The notes under the pieces were generated by a model that was given only the letters and a program-made list of their open reading frames with translations, was not told where the DNA came from and searched no databases. The position numbers and the translations under genes were made by a program. From NCBI RefSeq assembly GCF_009914755.1, contig NC_060928.1: a DNA stretch of 64,000 nt; one strand, written 5' to 3'. This document shows positions 29,968 to 45,259 of the stretch, one piece after another (position 1 is the stretch's first letter; every line of letters begins with the position of its first letter). Source of the DNA: the human T2T-CHM13v2.0 reference genome, Homo sapiens.

Positions 29968-30084
29968 CAATCAGCATAAATTTAGGTGTTACTTCTAGAA
30001 TTTACTGACTTTACCTTGTAGAAGATGCTAATACGTGCTATCCAGAGTTTCTGCATAGAGAAGGCTTTCATTTCCAAAACTGCT

Positions 30085-32750
30085 GGAAATGTCACCTACT
30101 GGTGCCTGACTGCTGAAGCTCCCCAGTAAGCAATGTTCTCAGCTGGAGAGCACTAATATGAAAAATTATCCCCTTATATATGTTGGCGCTGTGTGCCCAC
30201 CCAAATCACATTTGGAATTGTCATCCCCACATGTAGAGAGAGGGACCTGGTGGGAGGTGATTGGATCAGGGGAGTGGTTTACCGCATGCTGTTCTCATGA
30301 TAGTGAGTGAGTTCTCATGAGATCTGCTGGTTTAAAGGTGTGGCACTTCCACTCTTGCTCTCTCCTCTGCCACCGTATAAGACATGCCTTGCTTCCCTTT
30401 CACCTTCTGCCATGATTTTAAGGTTCCTGAGGCCTCCCCAGGCATGGGGAACTGTAAGTAAATTAAACCTCTTTACTTTATAAATTACCTAGTCTCAGGC
30501 AGTATGAAAATGGATTAATATAGAAAATTGGTACCAGAAGTTTGGGGCACTGGTATAAAGACACCAGAAAATGTGGAAGCAACTTCAGAACTGGGTAATG
30601 AGCAGAGGTTGGATCAGTTTGGAGGGCTCAGAAGAAGACAGAAAAATGTGGGAAAGTTTTAAACTTCTTAGAGATTTGTTGAATGGTTTTGACCAAAATG
30701 CTGATAGGGATATGAAAAAGGAAGTCCAGGCTGATGTGGTCTCAGATAGAAGTGAGAAACTTATTGGGAACTGGAATAAAGGTCACTCTTGTTATGCTTT
30801 AACAAAGAGACTGGCAGCATTTTGCCCCTGCCCTGGAGAACTGTGAAACTTTGAACTTGAGAGAGACGATTTAGAGTACCTGGAAGAAGAAAATTCTAAG
30901 CAGCAAAGCATTCAGTATGTGACCTGGCTTTTCCTGAAAGCATATAGTCATATACATTCATAAAGAGATGGTCTCAAAGTAGAACTTATTTTTAAAAGGG
31001 AAGCAGAGCATAAAAGTTTGGAAAATTTGCAGCCTGATCATGTGGTAGAAAAGAAAAACCCATTTTCTGGGGAGAAATTCAAGGCACCAACTGCAGAAAT
31101 TTGCATAAGTAACAAGGAGCAGAATGTTAATAGCCAAGAGAATGGAGAAGAATGTCTGCAGGGCATTTCAGAGATCATCATGGCAGCCCATCCTATCACA
31201 GGCCTAGAGGCCTAGGAGGAAAAATGATTTTGTGGGCCATGCCTAGGGCCCCACTACTCTGTGCAGTCTCGAGGCATGGTGCCCTGTTTCCCAACCACTT
31301 CAGCTCCAGCTGTGGCTAAAAGGGGCCAAAGTAAAGCTCAGGTCATTGCTTCAGAGGGTGCAAGCCACAAGACTTGGTAGCTTCCATGTGCCTGAGGGTA
31401 TGCAGAAGATAAGAGTTGAGTTTTGAGGGTCTCCATCTAGATTTCAGAGGATGTATGGAAACACCTGCATGTCCAGGTAGAAGTCTTCTGCGGGGGTGGG
31501 GCTTCATGGAAAACCTCAACTAGGGCAGTGTGGAGGGGGAAATGTGGTGTTAAGGCCCCTACATAGATTCCCAACTGGGGGACTGCTTAGTGGAGCTGTG
31601 AAAAGAAGGCCACTGTCCTCCAGATGTCAGAAAGTTAGATCCACTGACAGCTTGCATCATGCTCCTGGAAAAGCCACAGGCACTCAACACCAGTCTTTGG
31701 AAGCAGCCATGGGGCTGTACTCTGCAGAGCCACAGGGGCAGAGTTGCCCAAAGCCTTGGGAGTCCACCTGTTGCATCAGCATGCCCTGGATGTGAAACAG
31801 GGAGTCAAAGGAGATAATTTTGGAGCTTTAAGATTTAATGACTGCCCTTCAGGGTTTCAGACTTGCATGGGGCCTCTAGCTCCTTTGTTCTGACCAATTT
31901 ACCCCCTTTGGAATGGGTGTATTTACCCAATGCCTATACCCCCACTGTATCTCAGAAATAAGTAACTTGTTTTTGATTTACAGAATCATAGGCGGAAGGG
32001 ACATGCTTTGTCCTTTGGACTTGGACTTTGGATTTATGTTGGAATGAATTAAGGTTTTGGGTGACTGTTGGGAAGGCACGATTGTGTTTTGAAATGTGAA
32101 AAGTGGATGAGATATGGGAGGGGCCGGGGGCAGAATAATATGGTTTGGCTCTGTGTGCCCTCCCAAATGTTATCTTAAATTGTAATCCCCACATGTCAAG
32201 GGAGGGATCTCATGAGAGGTGATTGCATTATGGCGGCAATTTCCCTCATGATGTTCTCAGGATAGTGAGATCTGATGATTTAAAAGTGTGGCACCTCCCC
32301 TGTCACTCTCTGTCTTGCCACAGTGTAAGACATGCCTTGCTTCCCCTTCACCGTCCACTCTTCTCAGCCATGTGGAACAGTGAGTCAATTAAATCTCTTT
32401 TCATTATAAATTACTCAGTCTCAAGTAGTTTGTTGTAGCAGTGTGAAAATGAGCTACTACATCCTTCTTTCCCCAAACAGCCCACATTCAATGATTGGTT
32501 AATATGGAAATATAAAGGATTGGCTGGCTGGTCTTAATTTAGGACACATTGGAAAGATCATTCTGGCTTCAGAATTCTTTATAGGGTTGAAAAAAATAAT
32601 GTTGCAATTGCATTACAGTTCAATTATTGCTTCTGCCAAATCCTGCTTCTCTTACTCATTGAAATATGTTTTGCCTGAGAGGGTTGCTATAACCTGCATG
32701 GAAGCAAACCCTGATCTCCCAGCCTGTGTCTCAGGAGTGCCACCAACAAA
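30085..32750 (+). mobile_element. LTR16-like (ERVL) LTR interrupted by the THE1 element (parts about 30085-30173 and 32462-32750)
   Basis: cagcccacattcaatgattgg...gcattacagttcaatt...ctgccaaatcctgcttc resembles LTR16A/C. Confidence 0.55.
30174..32461 (+). mobile_element. Complete THE1D-like MaLR: 5'LTR 30174-30522, internal 30523-32135, 3'LTR 32136-32461
   Basis: Two direct LTRs (ctgtgtgccc...cccaaat...taagacatgccttgcttccc...tataaattac); internal starts gaaaattggtaccag and ends in a purine tract ggggcagaa; MaLR ORF remnant (LEGSEEDRKMWES); flanks tcccc/tcctt. Confidence 0.93.
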
Positions 32751-33829
32751 ATATTAATTTGAACTGTGGATGACAAGAGTGAAAGACACTGGATCTAATT
32801 AATTAATTTAAATGTATTTGATTTCAAATTCAGATGACATTAGGTAAAGCACATTTTATGCAACTTTTTTCGCCTATTTATGAAAAATAAAGAATTCAAA
32901 ATCATTTTATTTGCATAGAAAAACATGTACGGAACATAAATGTTACATCAATTTTCAAGGTAGAAATGATCATAAGTTGTTATAATAATAAAAAATCTTT
33001 AAGCATTTAGTTTTTGTCCCTGTTGACTTAAATTGAATGCCTGCCAGAAAATATACTCCTTTTTTAAAAAAATTAAGGTACGATTTTCTTTAATTGTGCT
33101 GCTTGAGAGCTGCTACAGAAATGCCTAATGAAAGTACCACATATAATAAAATCAGTTCACTTCAGAGTGCCATCTCTCTTCTTTTTTCTAGGCAGGCACT
33201 ATTCTTGTGAATCATGAGTTTATATTTCTTTGTGGTTCTATTAACATTAACTTACAAAAAAAATCTCAAATCATTTAGAAGGCTTTTTGTGGAAAGGTAA
33301 CAGTAATTTTCTAAGTTATGTTTAATATTTTTAATTACTTTAAATTTCCTAGATACATATCTTTAATTATTTGAGATGCATATATTTGTGTCATCAAATG
33401 AAAATGCATGTATTCTGCAATGTGCATTTTCTTGTGTAAAAAGTTTGAAAATAATTTTTAAATCATAAAAATAAAAATTTGCATGCAAATCTATTGTTGA
33501 GATAAGATTTATAATAACAGCTGCAACTTTTGTTTGTGCTTATTTTACTATGTGTGTTCCTTTCTAAAATGTGAAAGTCCAGAAATATTGGGCTTTTTAC
33601 CCATCATCACTACTTATCACTATAGTGATAGACCATCACTATGGTCTATCAAACAAGCAGTGCCAATTTATCAATGTGTGGTCATAAATGTTTGTTAAAT
33701 TATTAATTTTATACACAAGTTAAAGGGTGATTGACTAATATATTTTCTCAGGGTTCAAAATAGTAATAATTGGGATTAATAAATGTGTAGATTGAGAAAG
33801 ATAAAGAGAGAGACAAAGAGAGACGAGAA

Positions 33830-34000
33830 AGTAATAAATTCCAGGTTTCTGGCTTGAACTAGGTAGAGGCTGGTTCCATTTACTTAGAGTGGAGAAGCAT
33901 GGGAATTAATATTAGAATGTTACAGGCATACAGTTTTGGAATTGGGAATTGTTTAGACAAACTGAATGTGATAAGCCTATTAATTAGTTAGAAATAAATG
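33830..34000 (-). mobile_element. L2 fragment
   Basis: ttccaggtttctggcttgaact...ggttccatttacttagag. Confidence 0.5.
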
Positions 34001-34677
34001 TTAATAAAAATACAAAATTCTGGATAAGTGATAAGTTACACTAGAATGCTTCGAAACAAGTTAGACGGTGATATTACAAAATGGGAATCTTTATATAGCC
34101 TTCAGTATCTTGACCATTGCCTTGAAAATACAAGTATAATAACTTGTATTAAGCAAAATTTTCTTAATGAACCATTAAGAAATCCCAGTAATCATTAACT
34201 GCATAAGCTTTCAAAATAAATAATGATGTGAAGTATTATTAAAGGCTAAAATTAATGTTAATGTGAAATAATGGTTTTAGAAGTTGCCAGAAAATATCAA
34301 CCACAGGAGCCACAGGTTACTGAAATTCACATCTGCTTCTATATCTAAATGTATACATAAATTATTTATCATTCTGTCTTTGGAATATCCTGTTGTTATC
34401 TTTTTTTTTCTGAGTACTTTGCTGCTCTGAACAAATTCCAGGTACTTGTTAGTAAGAAGGCAGGGGAAAAAATAGAGGGTAGTTAACTATCTGTGTTTAC
34501 TATAAGAAGAGCAAGAATTGCTCAATTTAGGAATAAATACAAGTATTTTCAGACACGCTAGATTTAAACTCATATGACTGAGCCATTTCTCTTATGAATA
34601 TATATATTCCCTTATGAATATATATGAATATATATTATCTAAACATAAATATATATGTTCACTACGAGTGTTTAGAA

Positions 34678-34680
<3 letters not shown>

Positions 34681-34714
<34 letters not shown>
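34681..34714. repeat. (AT)17 microsatellite
   Basis: Perfect AT run. Confidence 0.95.
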
Positions 34715-34717
<3 letters not shown>

Positions 34718-37700
34718 CTAGGAATGTTTAGAATTCTCTTATTTATCCAGCATACTGTTGTGTATGCTCTCCTGGCCCATCTTGGCCCATTTTAGACCTT
34801 GGTTTTGGATTCAGAACCAGTTAGGCTCAGTCTTCAGTTTAAATACTCAGCTCCCACTACAGCATCTGGATGACGGGGTATTGTCCCTGGCTGCAGAAAA
34901 ACCTACAAAATATATTTTGAATAATTATAGCAATGCCACTTGATTTTAATTATAATTAAAAGCTGGTTGAACAATGTAGAATTTTTATTATAAAATAAGG
35001 CAGAAGGAAACTGTAAAAATAAGTAAATTTTATGTGTCACCTTAAATAGTCCTTTTAACATATGGTAGTTGTGGATTATTTTCACAGTTCACAGGTCTGT
35101 GAATACGACAGTGAACATATTTTTGAGCTCCAAGCGTCTCAAATGAAAATAGTCATAATTTGAAATAAATAATATCCAGCACTGATTAAAAATTGTTTTA
35201 CTTATCTATTCACAGACTGTCTGCTACTAATATAATTATACTGTATCTTCATAATGATTCTTGCCACTTATATTGAGGTAGTGGGGGAGGAAAATTAGAG
35301 GGAACCAGTTGGACTAATAGAGGTAATGAGAAAAAGGCAAAAGGCACAAGTCAAAAATATAAAATGCAAACAAGAAATGGAAAATAAATATTTCCATGAG
35401 CATTATAAATTTAAATTGATCAGTTCAATTAATTTCTATTACCTAAAATCTTTATTTTATCCATATCACTAATGCAATTTTATGCATTTTTCCAAATGTA
35501 TGTTTCGTATATTGGTATATAAACTCCATGAAGATACTACCTCTGGCTCTGTGGTTTATTTGCACCAATTAACTGAATGAATGGACCAAAACAGGAATAA
35601 TAATGATTGGCAAATAATTATTGGCTAAATGGAAGAAATAATACAAAAGTGAGGGAGCGTCTGCCTTTACCCAAGGGGTCCAGGAAAAACTTAAAAAGGG
35701 AAGAAATTTGAGCTGGATCTATGATGGTGCATAAAAAAAGAGAAATTGTAATATGTGGAATATATCTATATACAAATGTCAAGAACATTAATAATTAAAG
35801 TGAGCTAAGGTATAACACAAGCCATATTAAGGGCTAGAAGAAGAAAACATGAAGAGACAAGACACTATGTATATAGTGGACTATCACGTATGAAGCCTCC
35901 ATAATACTTCTTTAATGACATGGAATAATCAAAATTATTAATAAAAGAAATAATTTATTTTAATTGTAAAATAAATGAAATGAAGAAACAAGAAAGACTT
36001 AATATTCTTAATTTTAATTTTTTTCTAGATTAAAATCTAAGTGAAAGGTTAAAATCTTTGGCCAAAGCATAAAAGTTACAGATATTCTATTTTTATGATC
36101 AAATTTTAAGAATAAGAATAACATATAAATTGAATGTGGAATCATAGAAAAACACAAAAAACAAAATATTAAGAAAGTCATAAAATTCTATTACTCAGAG
36201 ACATGCATTCTTAATGTCCTGACATAGATATTTCCATGTAAATAGCTCTTTGAAATGCCCATCTCTTAGTTGTATTTAGCTATGTTTTTTTTGAAAATTT
36301 TCTCTATGAAATATACAAACTAATGTTCATAGAAAGATATGTTTCATGAATAATAGACTACTTTAAAAAAAAAGTCTGTCATTTCTCTGCTGCATTGGTT
36401 AAATGAATGCAAATCCAAATCAGGTCTGTTTGTATCAAATATTAGTGCTATTATATTATCATCAAAGTTATTTCAGTGAAATGAACATTTTATAAACCAA
36501 CAAAATATGAATGCATAACTGTGTTTTTCTTATGGAAGCAAAACTACATACTTTAGAATTGTTAGATAAAAATTATTCACATTTGTAAATTGAACTGAAG
36601 ACACATGAGACATTTGTAGAAGGTTAGGAAAAAATGAATTGAAACCTAGACTTTCTGGTCACACTGCTTCACAAATTCTAAACTCAGACAAACCAAACTT
36701 TAAAATGATAGATGATGGATTATTATTTTAGTTTTTAATAGGAAAATTCTTAGAAAGACAATAGGCAAACCATATTCTAAGAAAATCGATGACCTTGAGT
36801 GAAAGATAGGTTACAAAAATAATGGAGTAAGTTCATTTCTGCACACTTTCCTTCCCGGCAATTTTCCATCCACAGAAATGATAAACAGAAGTATAATCTG
36901 CAACTAACCTCAGACAAAATTAGCAGTAAATAGTTATCCAGAATGAAAGAGTAATATAAAAGTCTCAGAAGCTTGGAACCATGGGAAAAGGGTACATGAG
37001 TGAATAATAACGGTTTGTCTAGATATAGTTCAATGCCAAAAGAAAGCATTGTATACAGAATGGAATGAAAAGTATATCAGTTAGAAAATGATAGATTAGG
37101 TGAGTTATAGTAAAAATTAACCCCCAAATCTCAGTGGTTTTCAACAACTTAATAAAATTTCAATTTTGTCCTCACTAGATATGCACTAAAGCAAATCTCA
37201 TGGCAGTAATCATTGCCAATCTTATAACAGAGAAAAAAACAAAACAAAACAACAACAAAAAAATGGCCAGATTACTTGCTGGGTCTTGAAAATTCTACTT
37301 AGATAATAAATGTATCTTTCATCCATATTTCATTGATTAACATATGCAAAGATAATGCTAATATCTACTGGGAGTGAGAATATAATCTTCCCTCAGAAAT
37401 GAACAGAAATTGACTTGTAGATAATTGAGATATGTAATATAATATCTATTATTTACAGATAGTCTTTCACTGTTTATTTTGTTTGAAATATACACTCAGT
37501 TATGCTCCTTCAATAAGACAAACAAAAACCCTGCCCAATCATGTCATCACACTCAAAGACTTGGAATTAGTGGTTATATCTATAACAGGTAATATGTGTC
37601 TTCCCCTGATACAGACATCCATATACTAAGAAGACAACCAGTTCCTAGTTGCCTCACACTCCCTAGAGAGTCCTGCTCTCTCCACTACAGCATAGTATAT

Positions 37701-38574
37701 TGGTGGAACAGGGACAGGGTAATGGCAATAAATACTTCAGCATGAGAAGAGAAAGAATGCGAGTTTCACAGCTAGTACTGGTCTATAAAAATTCTAAAAT
37801 CTTGTTAGGAAGATAATGAGGAGGTCCCTTACCTTAGAGTGAGGAATTTGCATTGAACGTCTTCCCTGAGACTCATACCCTGAACCATTTTCCTCCCTGT
37901 GCTTAGGTGTGTTCTCATGGAGTCTTTCCTTTTCTATTACTTTCTTCAACTCTATGTAAAGATATTTAAAGGAAGTTAAGATAAAGGCTAAAATTGAGAC
38001 ACATAAGACAAGTAGCAGAAATGAACAAAGTTAAAAGAGATTCAATGGTAGTTTGCAAGGTAACTAAAGAAGAATCAACATCTTTATTTTTTGAAATTTT
38101 CAATGAAGAAAAGCATATTATTGTATAATTGAATAGAACAAAATTAAGATATTTTTCAAAGACAAGTCCTAAACTAAAAGAAGTTTTGTCTATCCATACT
38201 GAAATTGCACACCATGTACTTGGAAAAGTGGAAACAAATGAGCAACACTAAGCCAAGTCTCAGCAAGGTTACTTTATTTCAAGGATACAGATAAAATGTA
38301 ATGGTCTGATTGGCATAAATATCACATTAGCAAGAAATGTGATAGGTGGACATAAGCTCCTTACTGCTCTTATTATGGCTATATTACCTGAGTTTTCCCT
38401 TTCAACTTCAAAATCTGTTGAAACAATCCTCCATAATAAATTATCATCGCTAGCATAAGCAGTGTGATTTCTGTCTTCCTAACTGATACACTAGACCAAA
38501 TATGATAGTTAAACAGTTTGTTTTTCAGGAAATAATGTTTTCTTCACTGTATATTCATGTTTTATTCACTATAT

Positions 38575-41500
38575 ATACTTTTTTAAAATTAGACTCTGGT
38601 TCATAGAGACATTTTAGGTTAACATAAAAAATTAAGCAGAAGGAATAGCTTTTCCACATATTCTCTGCCCTGACACATGTATAGTCTCCCCCATTATGAA
38701 CATAACTGCTTCTCAAGAGTGATACATTGATTGTAATTGATGAATACATTGACACATATTTATCATCTCAAGTCTATAGTTTACATTAGGATACACTCTT
38801 GGTTTTATGTAGTCTGTGGGTTTAGACAAATGTATAATGATATGTATCCACCATTACAGTATCATACTGAGTAGTTTCATTGTCTTAAGATTCTCTGTGT
38901 GCCATAGTTTTAGCCCCCTTACTCCTTTAACCACTGGCAACCACTATTTTTTTACTGCCTGATGTATACAGTTTATTTATTCATTCACCTGCTGAAGGAC
39001 AACTTGGCTACTTCCATGCTTTGGCAATTATGACTAAAGCTGCCATTAAAAAAGCTGCCATGTGCAGGTTATTTTGTAGTCATAAATTTTCAACTCCTTT
39101 GAGTAAATGCCAAAGAACACAATTGCTTAGTTCTCTTATAAGTGTTTGTTTAGTTTTGTAAGAAGCCACCAAACTGCTTTCCAAAGTGGTAGTATCATTT
39201 TGCATTCCAATCAGCAATGAATAAGTTACTGTTGCTCCATATTCTCACCAGCATTTGATGTTGTTAGTTTTGGATTTTGGTCATTCTAATAGGTATGTAG
39301 TGCTATTTCATTATTGTTTTAATTATGACATATAATGTAGAGTAACTTTTCATATGCTTGTTTGCCATTTGTATATATTTTTTGGTGAGGTGTCTGATAA
39401 GGTTTTTGGCCCATTTTTTAACTGGGTTGTGTTCTTACTGTTTAATTTTAAATGTTCTTCATATAAATTCGATAGCAGCTTTTTATCTGCTATGTCTTTG
39501 CAATTATTTTCCCCCAGTCTATAGCTTGTCTTTTTTGTCTCTTGACAGTGTCTTTTGCAGAGCAGAAAATTCTAATTTTAATAAAATTCAACTTACCAAT
39601 TCTTACATTCAGGAAGAATGACTTTGGTGGCATTTAAAAATTCATCACCAAACGCAAGTTCATCCAGATTTTCTCTTACATTATCTTTCAGGAGTTTTTA
39701 TAGTTCTGTATTTTGTATTTAGATCTGTTACTTATTTTGAGTTAATTTGTGTGAAGTATATAAGGCTTGTGTCTAGATTCTCTTTTTTTTTTTCCATGTG
39801 GATAACAAGTTGTTCTAGCACTATTTCTTAAAAAGACTATCTTTTCTACATTGTATTGTCTTTGTTTCTTTGTTAGAGATCAGTTGACCACATTTATGTG
39901 GGTCTATTTCTGAGCTCTCTATTCTGTTTTGTTAGTCTGTCTATTCTTTAACCAATGTCCTTAACCACTGTCTTGATTACTGTTGCTTTATGGCAAGACT
40001 TGAATGCTATTCTGTTTTTTTTTTTTTCTTTCTTTCTTTTGCCTCTTCCTATACATTTTAGAAATAGTACATCAATATCCATTAAACAATATGCAAGGAT
40101 TTTGATTGGAATTACGTTAATCAGTTTGAGAAGAGCTGATATCTTGATAATATTGAGCCTTCCTATCCAGGAACATGAAATCTCTCTCCATTTATATAGG
40201 TTTTATTTTGCTTACTTTATCATAGTCTTATTGTTTTCCTGTATAAATATTTTCTTAAATATCTACATAAGGATATTATTTTTGGAGAGAGTAATAATGT
40301 AAATGGTATTTTTAAAAATTTTAAATTCCACTTGTAAGTTACTGATATATAGAAGTGCAATTTACATTTTTTGTATTAACTTTTCATCTTGCAAGATTAT
40401 CTGCTGTAATTGGTTATTATTTCCAGATCTTATTTTGTTGATTCTTTGGGAATTTCTATATAGATGGTCATCTCACTTGTGAAGTGAAAACAATTTTATT
40501 TTTTCTTTCCTTATGTATATATATTAATTTCCTTTTCTTATTGCATTAGTGAAGACTTCCAACAGGATGTTGAAAAACAATGGTGAGAAGGAATACACTT
40601 GCTTTTTTCCTGATCTTAGTGGGAAAGCTACTGGTTTCCACTAAGTATGATGCTAGCTGTAAGATTTTTGTAGATATCATTTATGAAATTAAGGAAGAGC
40701 TCCTCTATTTCTAATTTACTGAGAATTTTTAATTATAAATGGGTATGGCAGTTCACCAAATGCTTTTTCTGTGTCTATTGATATAAGCATAAAATTTTTC
40801 TTCTTTAGTTTGTTGATCAATTTTTCTTTTCTTTTCTTTTTTTTTTGAGACCGTCTTGCTTTGTCACCCAGATTGGAGTGCAGTGGTGCAATCTCTGCTT
40901 ACTGCAACCTCTGCCACCTGGGTTCAAGCGATTCTCCTGCTTCAGCCTCCTGAGTGCCTAGGATCACAGGCACACACCACCATACCTGGATAATTTTTTT
41001 TTTTTTTTGTATTTTTAGCAGAGATGGGCTTTCACTCTGTTGGCCATGCTGGTCTTGTACTCCTGACCGCATGTGATCCACCCACCTCAGCCGCCCGAGG
41101 TTCTGGGATTGCAGACGTGAGGCACCACGCCCAGCCTTGTTGATAAATTTTTGAATGTCTAACCAGGCTTGAATGCCTGGGATAAATACAATTTGGTAAT
41201 GGTGTATAATTGTTTTCATATACTATTGGATTCAGTTTGTTAATATTTTGTTGAAGATTTTTGCATCTATGTTTATGAAAGATATTTGTAGTTTTCTTTT
41301 CTTGTAATATATTTGCCTGTTTTAGTATTGGGATAATGATGGCCTTATAAAATGAGTTAGGAAGTATTATCTCTGATTCTAAATGTGAAAGAAAATGTAG
41401 AGAACTGGCAAAATTTCTTCCTTAAATGTTTGTCAGAATTTACAACTGAACATGTCTGGGTCTGAACCTTTCTATTTTTAGAGGCTATTAATTATTGACT

Positions 41501-41840
41501 TATTTCTTTAACAAATATAGGTTTATTCAGATTGCCTATTTCTTCTTGTATGAGTTTTGGTAGATTGTGTCTATCGAAGTATTTTTTCATTTTGTCTAAA
41601 TTATAAAATTTGTAGACATAAAGTTAGTCATAGTTTTCTATTATTATCCTGTCAATGTCCATGTGATCTGTAGTGATGTTCCCTTTTACATTCCTGACTT
41701 TTTAAACTTATGTTCTTTCTCTTTTCCTAGTTAGCCTGTTTATAGGTTTTACTAATTTTATTGGTCTTTCCTAAGAACCAATTTCTAATTTGTTGGTTTT
41801 CTCCATTGATATCTTATTTTCAATTTCATTAATTTCTCAT
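38575..41840 (-). mobile_element. L1MC1-like 3' portion (3'UTR and ORF2), interrupted by an Alu
   Basis: Antisense 3'UTR ttttaggtt...tatagtttacattagg...gacaaatgtataatga; ORF2 remnants to about 41840. Confidence 0.88.
40826..41136 (-). mobile_element. AluS inserted in the L1MC1-like element
   Basis: Full antisense dimer; TSD ttgttgat(c/a)aattttt at 40810-40825 and 41137-41152. Confidence 0.95.
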
Positions 41841-42179
41841 GACAATTTACTGCCTTATATTCCTATTAAAAATGGGAGAATGGATTTGGTTGAACAAACT
41901 AATCTTCACCATAGTGAGAAATTTAGAATTTAGTTTTCCAATGTTCAAATAGAATGGAATGGAATGGATATAAAATTTGAGAGTGCCAAACCCAAGTATT
42001 TGATCTGATCACTCTGAAAATACTATACATTGTATAGTTATGAAAATAAATATAGAATTAACATAAATTATTGTGATTGTATATAGAAGCTGAGGGAATT
42101 CAGGAAGTAAGACTTAAAGCTGTATGAATTAGCAGGTTAAAATTATGAGGGTCATCCTATAGATGCCAGACTCCTAGTC

Positions 42180-42999
<820 letters not shown>

Positions 43000-45259
43000 T
43001 CCTAGCCCATAGCTACTATTAACTTATGGCTGCATCACTAGGAAAACTAAGTAACTGTGTTTCTTTCTTTTATTCTTATATTTCTATACCCCACTGAATA
43101 TAGTACATCTTCTCTATCGAAGATCCAGATGAATAATTTTTAAAATATATGAATTCAATAATGTCACTTTTCATTTTCAATCTTTTTGGTGATCTCCCAT
43201 TTCTCTTATGACACAGACCAAAACAGCTACTTGAATCTGTCTCATAAGCCAGAAACTGCACAATTATTATCTTCCGGATTTATGGCACTGTAATAATTTA
43301 AAACATTATGTAATAGCTTTTGATTTGATAGGCCTTTAATAGCTAATTTAAAAGTGTTTACAGATATTCTGTTTATACTTCTCAATTTTAATACTGGTAC
43401 TTCTCAAATTTACCCCTCTAACACTCAAGGCATGAAAATATCTATTTCTATTTTAATATAAAGTACTTAGTGTTGAATTTTCCAGTAAACTTAACCTGCA
43501 TAAATAAAAAATAAAACACAATTGTTATTAAAACAATTTCAATACACTCTTGCCATATATTACCAAGTAATTATGAGATACTGTGTTTGACACTGATGCA
43601 AGTTACTGGTCACTGTTGCAGACTGAGTACTATTCCTCAGCCACAAAATAAAAACTGATATATGCAAAGTGCTGGTAATATAAAAAGTATTGCTATAAGG
43701 AAAAGTGTTGAAAGATTAAATGAAAAAATATACCTCCATAAAAAATGAAAATGATGATCATGGCTGGAAGTCAAGTAATACAATCAAAGATAAATTATTC
43801 AAGTCAACAAATTACTATCTATTTAATATTATTGCTAAAAGAGCCATCAACTTCAGCCTAAAAAAGTCAAGTTGGGCAACCCATTAAGCAGAAGTGTCTG
43901 ATTATGTCCTCAGGATTCTCTTTGGAGAGTATACTAGTGTAGCGTGCATAAAAATATCCAAATTTGAAAGCCATAATGCCACATCAAGAAACGAGGAATA
44001 GAAATATTGTTCGTATATTTGGCCATAAAAGTTGCTTGAAAGAAAAAGGAGCATATGTCCTCAGTTATGATTCCATAAAGCTAATTGAACTGGCATTCTT
44101 AAAAGAATAATATGACAATGTTTTTATGTAATTTTGTTGAACATATAAATTTTGTTTTATATTTTTAGCTTAAATTGAATATTGTTCTATACAACTTTTA
44201 AGTATTATCATGAGAAGGATTTCCCTCTGAACAAGTTAGAAATATTATTTATAAAAATCTACAATATAAACAATATTTAAATCTGCTTACTGGAAATCTT
44301 TATGCAACATAAGTTTATTGAACTCATATATATCATGCCAACGATATGATATGCTCTACAGATACCAATCTAAATGTACCAGTTTTTCTTAGACTTATTA
44401 TGGTCCAATGATATAAGAAATGTACATTTTGTTATTGTTATAATTATTAAAACTAATTAGTTCTATATACTGGAAACGTTCTTACATTTCATTAATTAAA
44501 TTGAAACACATTTTTTGAATCTTTATAGCATAGATCAATAAAAATAAAATGTTATTACATTGTTTTTTATGTAAAAACTCTTCCTGAGATAATCCAAGTG
44601 ACATTCCACAAGTATCAGTGTTTCTACAATTGAATGCTGTGCTACTCAGATCTTTGATTTAGATGGGAAATATCTATAAACAGATGTAAAATACTTTATC
44701 AAAACTAGTACATTATCCGTTTTGATGTCTGTAGTATCTTTAATGATGTCACCTCTATCATTCCTGATACTGAAAATTTGTGTCTGCTTTTCATGATCAG
44801 TCAGGCAAGAGCATTATTAATTTTATTGATATTCTCAAAGTATCAACTTCTGGTTTCATTGATTTGTTTATATTGTTATTTTGTTTTATATTTGATTATT
44901 TCTGTTTTTCATTTTTTCCTTTATTTTGCTTGCTTTAGGCTAATTCACTTTTTTTCATTTCTTAAGATAGAATCTTAAATTGTTGAATTTAAAGCCCTTA
45001 TTTTTTTCTAACATAAAAGTAGAAAGCTATATAGTTTTATTTTAGTGATGGTTTAGTTGCAGCATATATATTTGGATATCTGAGGTTGATTTTTTGTCAT
45101 TCAGTTTAAAATACACTACTTTCCAGTTTCAAATTTGATGTTTTAAATTTCTTTAACAGACATAGAAAGATGTAGATTATTCCTTGTTGACTGAGCTCTG
45201 GTAGTTTGTAACTTTTAAGGAAATTGTCCATTTTATCTATGTTATGAAATCTACTCTCA

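Noticed and set aside
34127-34150. 9-bp-stem hairpin aatacaagt/acttgtatt (similar one at about 10341-10366)
   Set aside because: Short AT-rich inverted repeats of this size are expected by chance in 64 kb.
41951-41970. (GGAAT)3 resembling human satellite II/III
   Set aside because: Only three units; chance or simple slippage.
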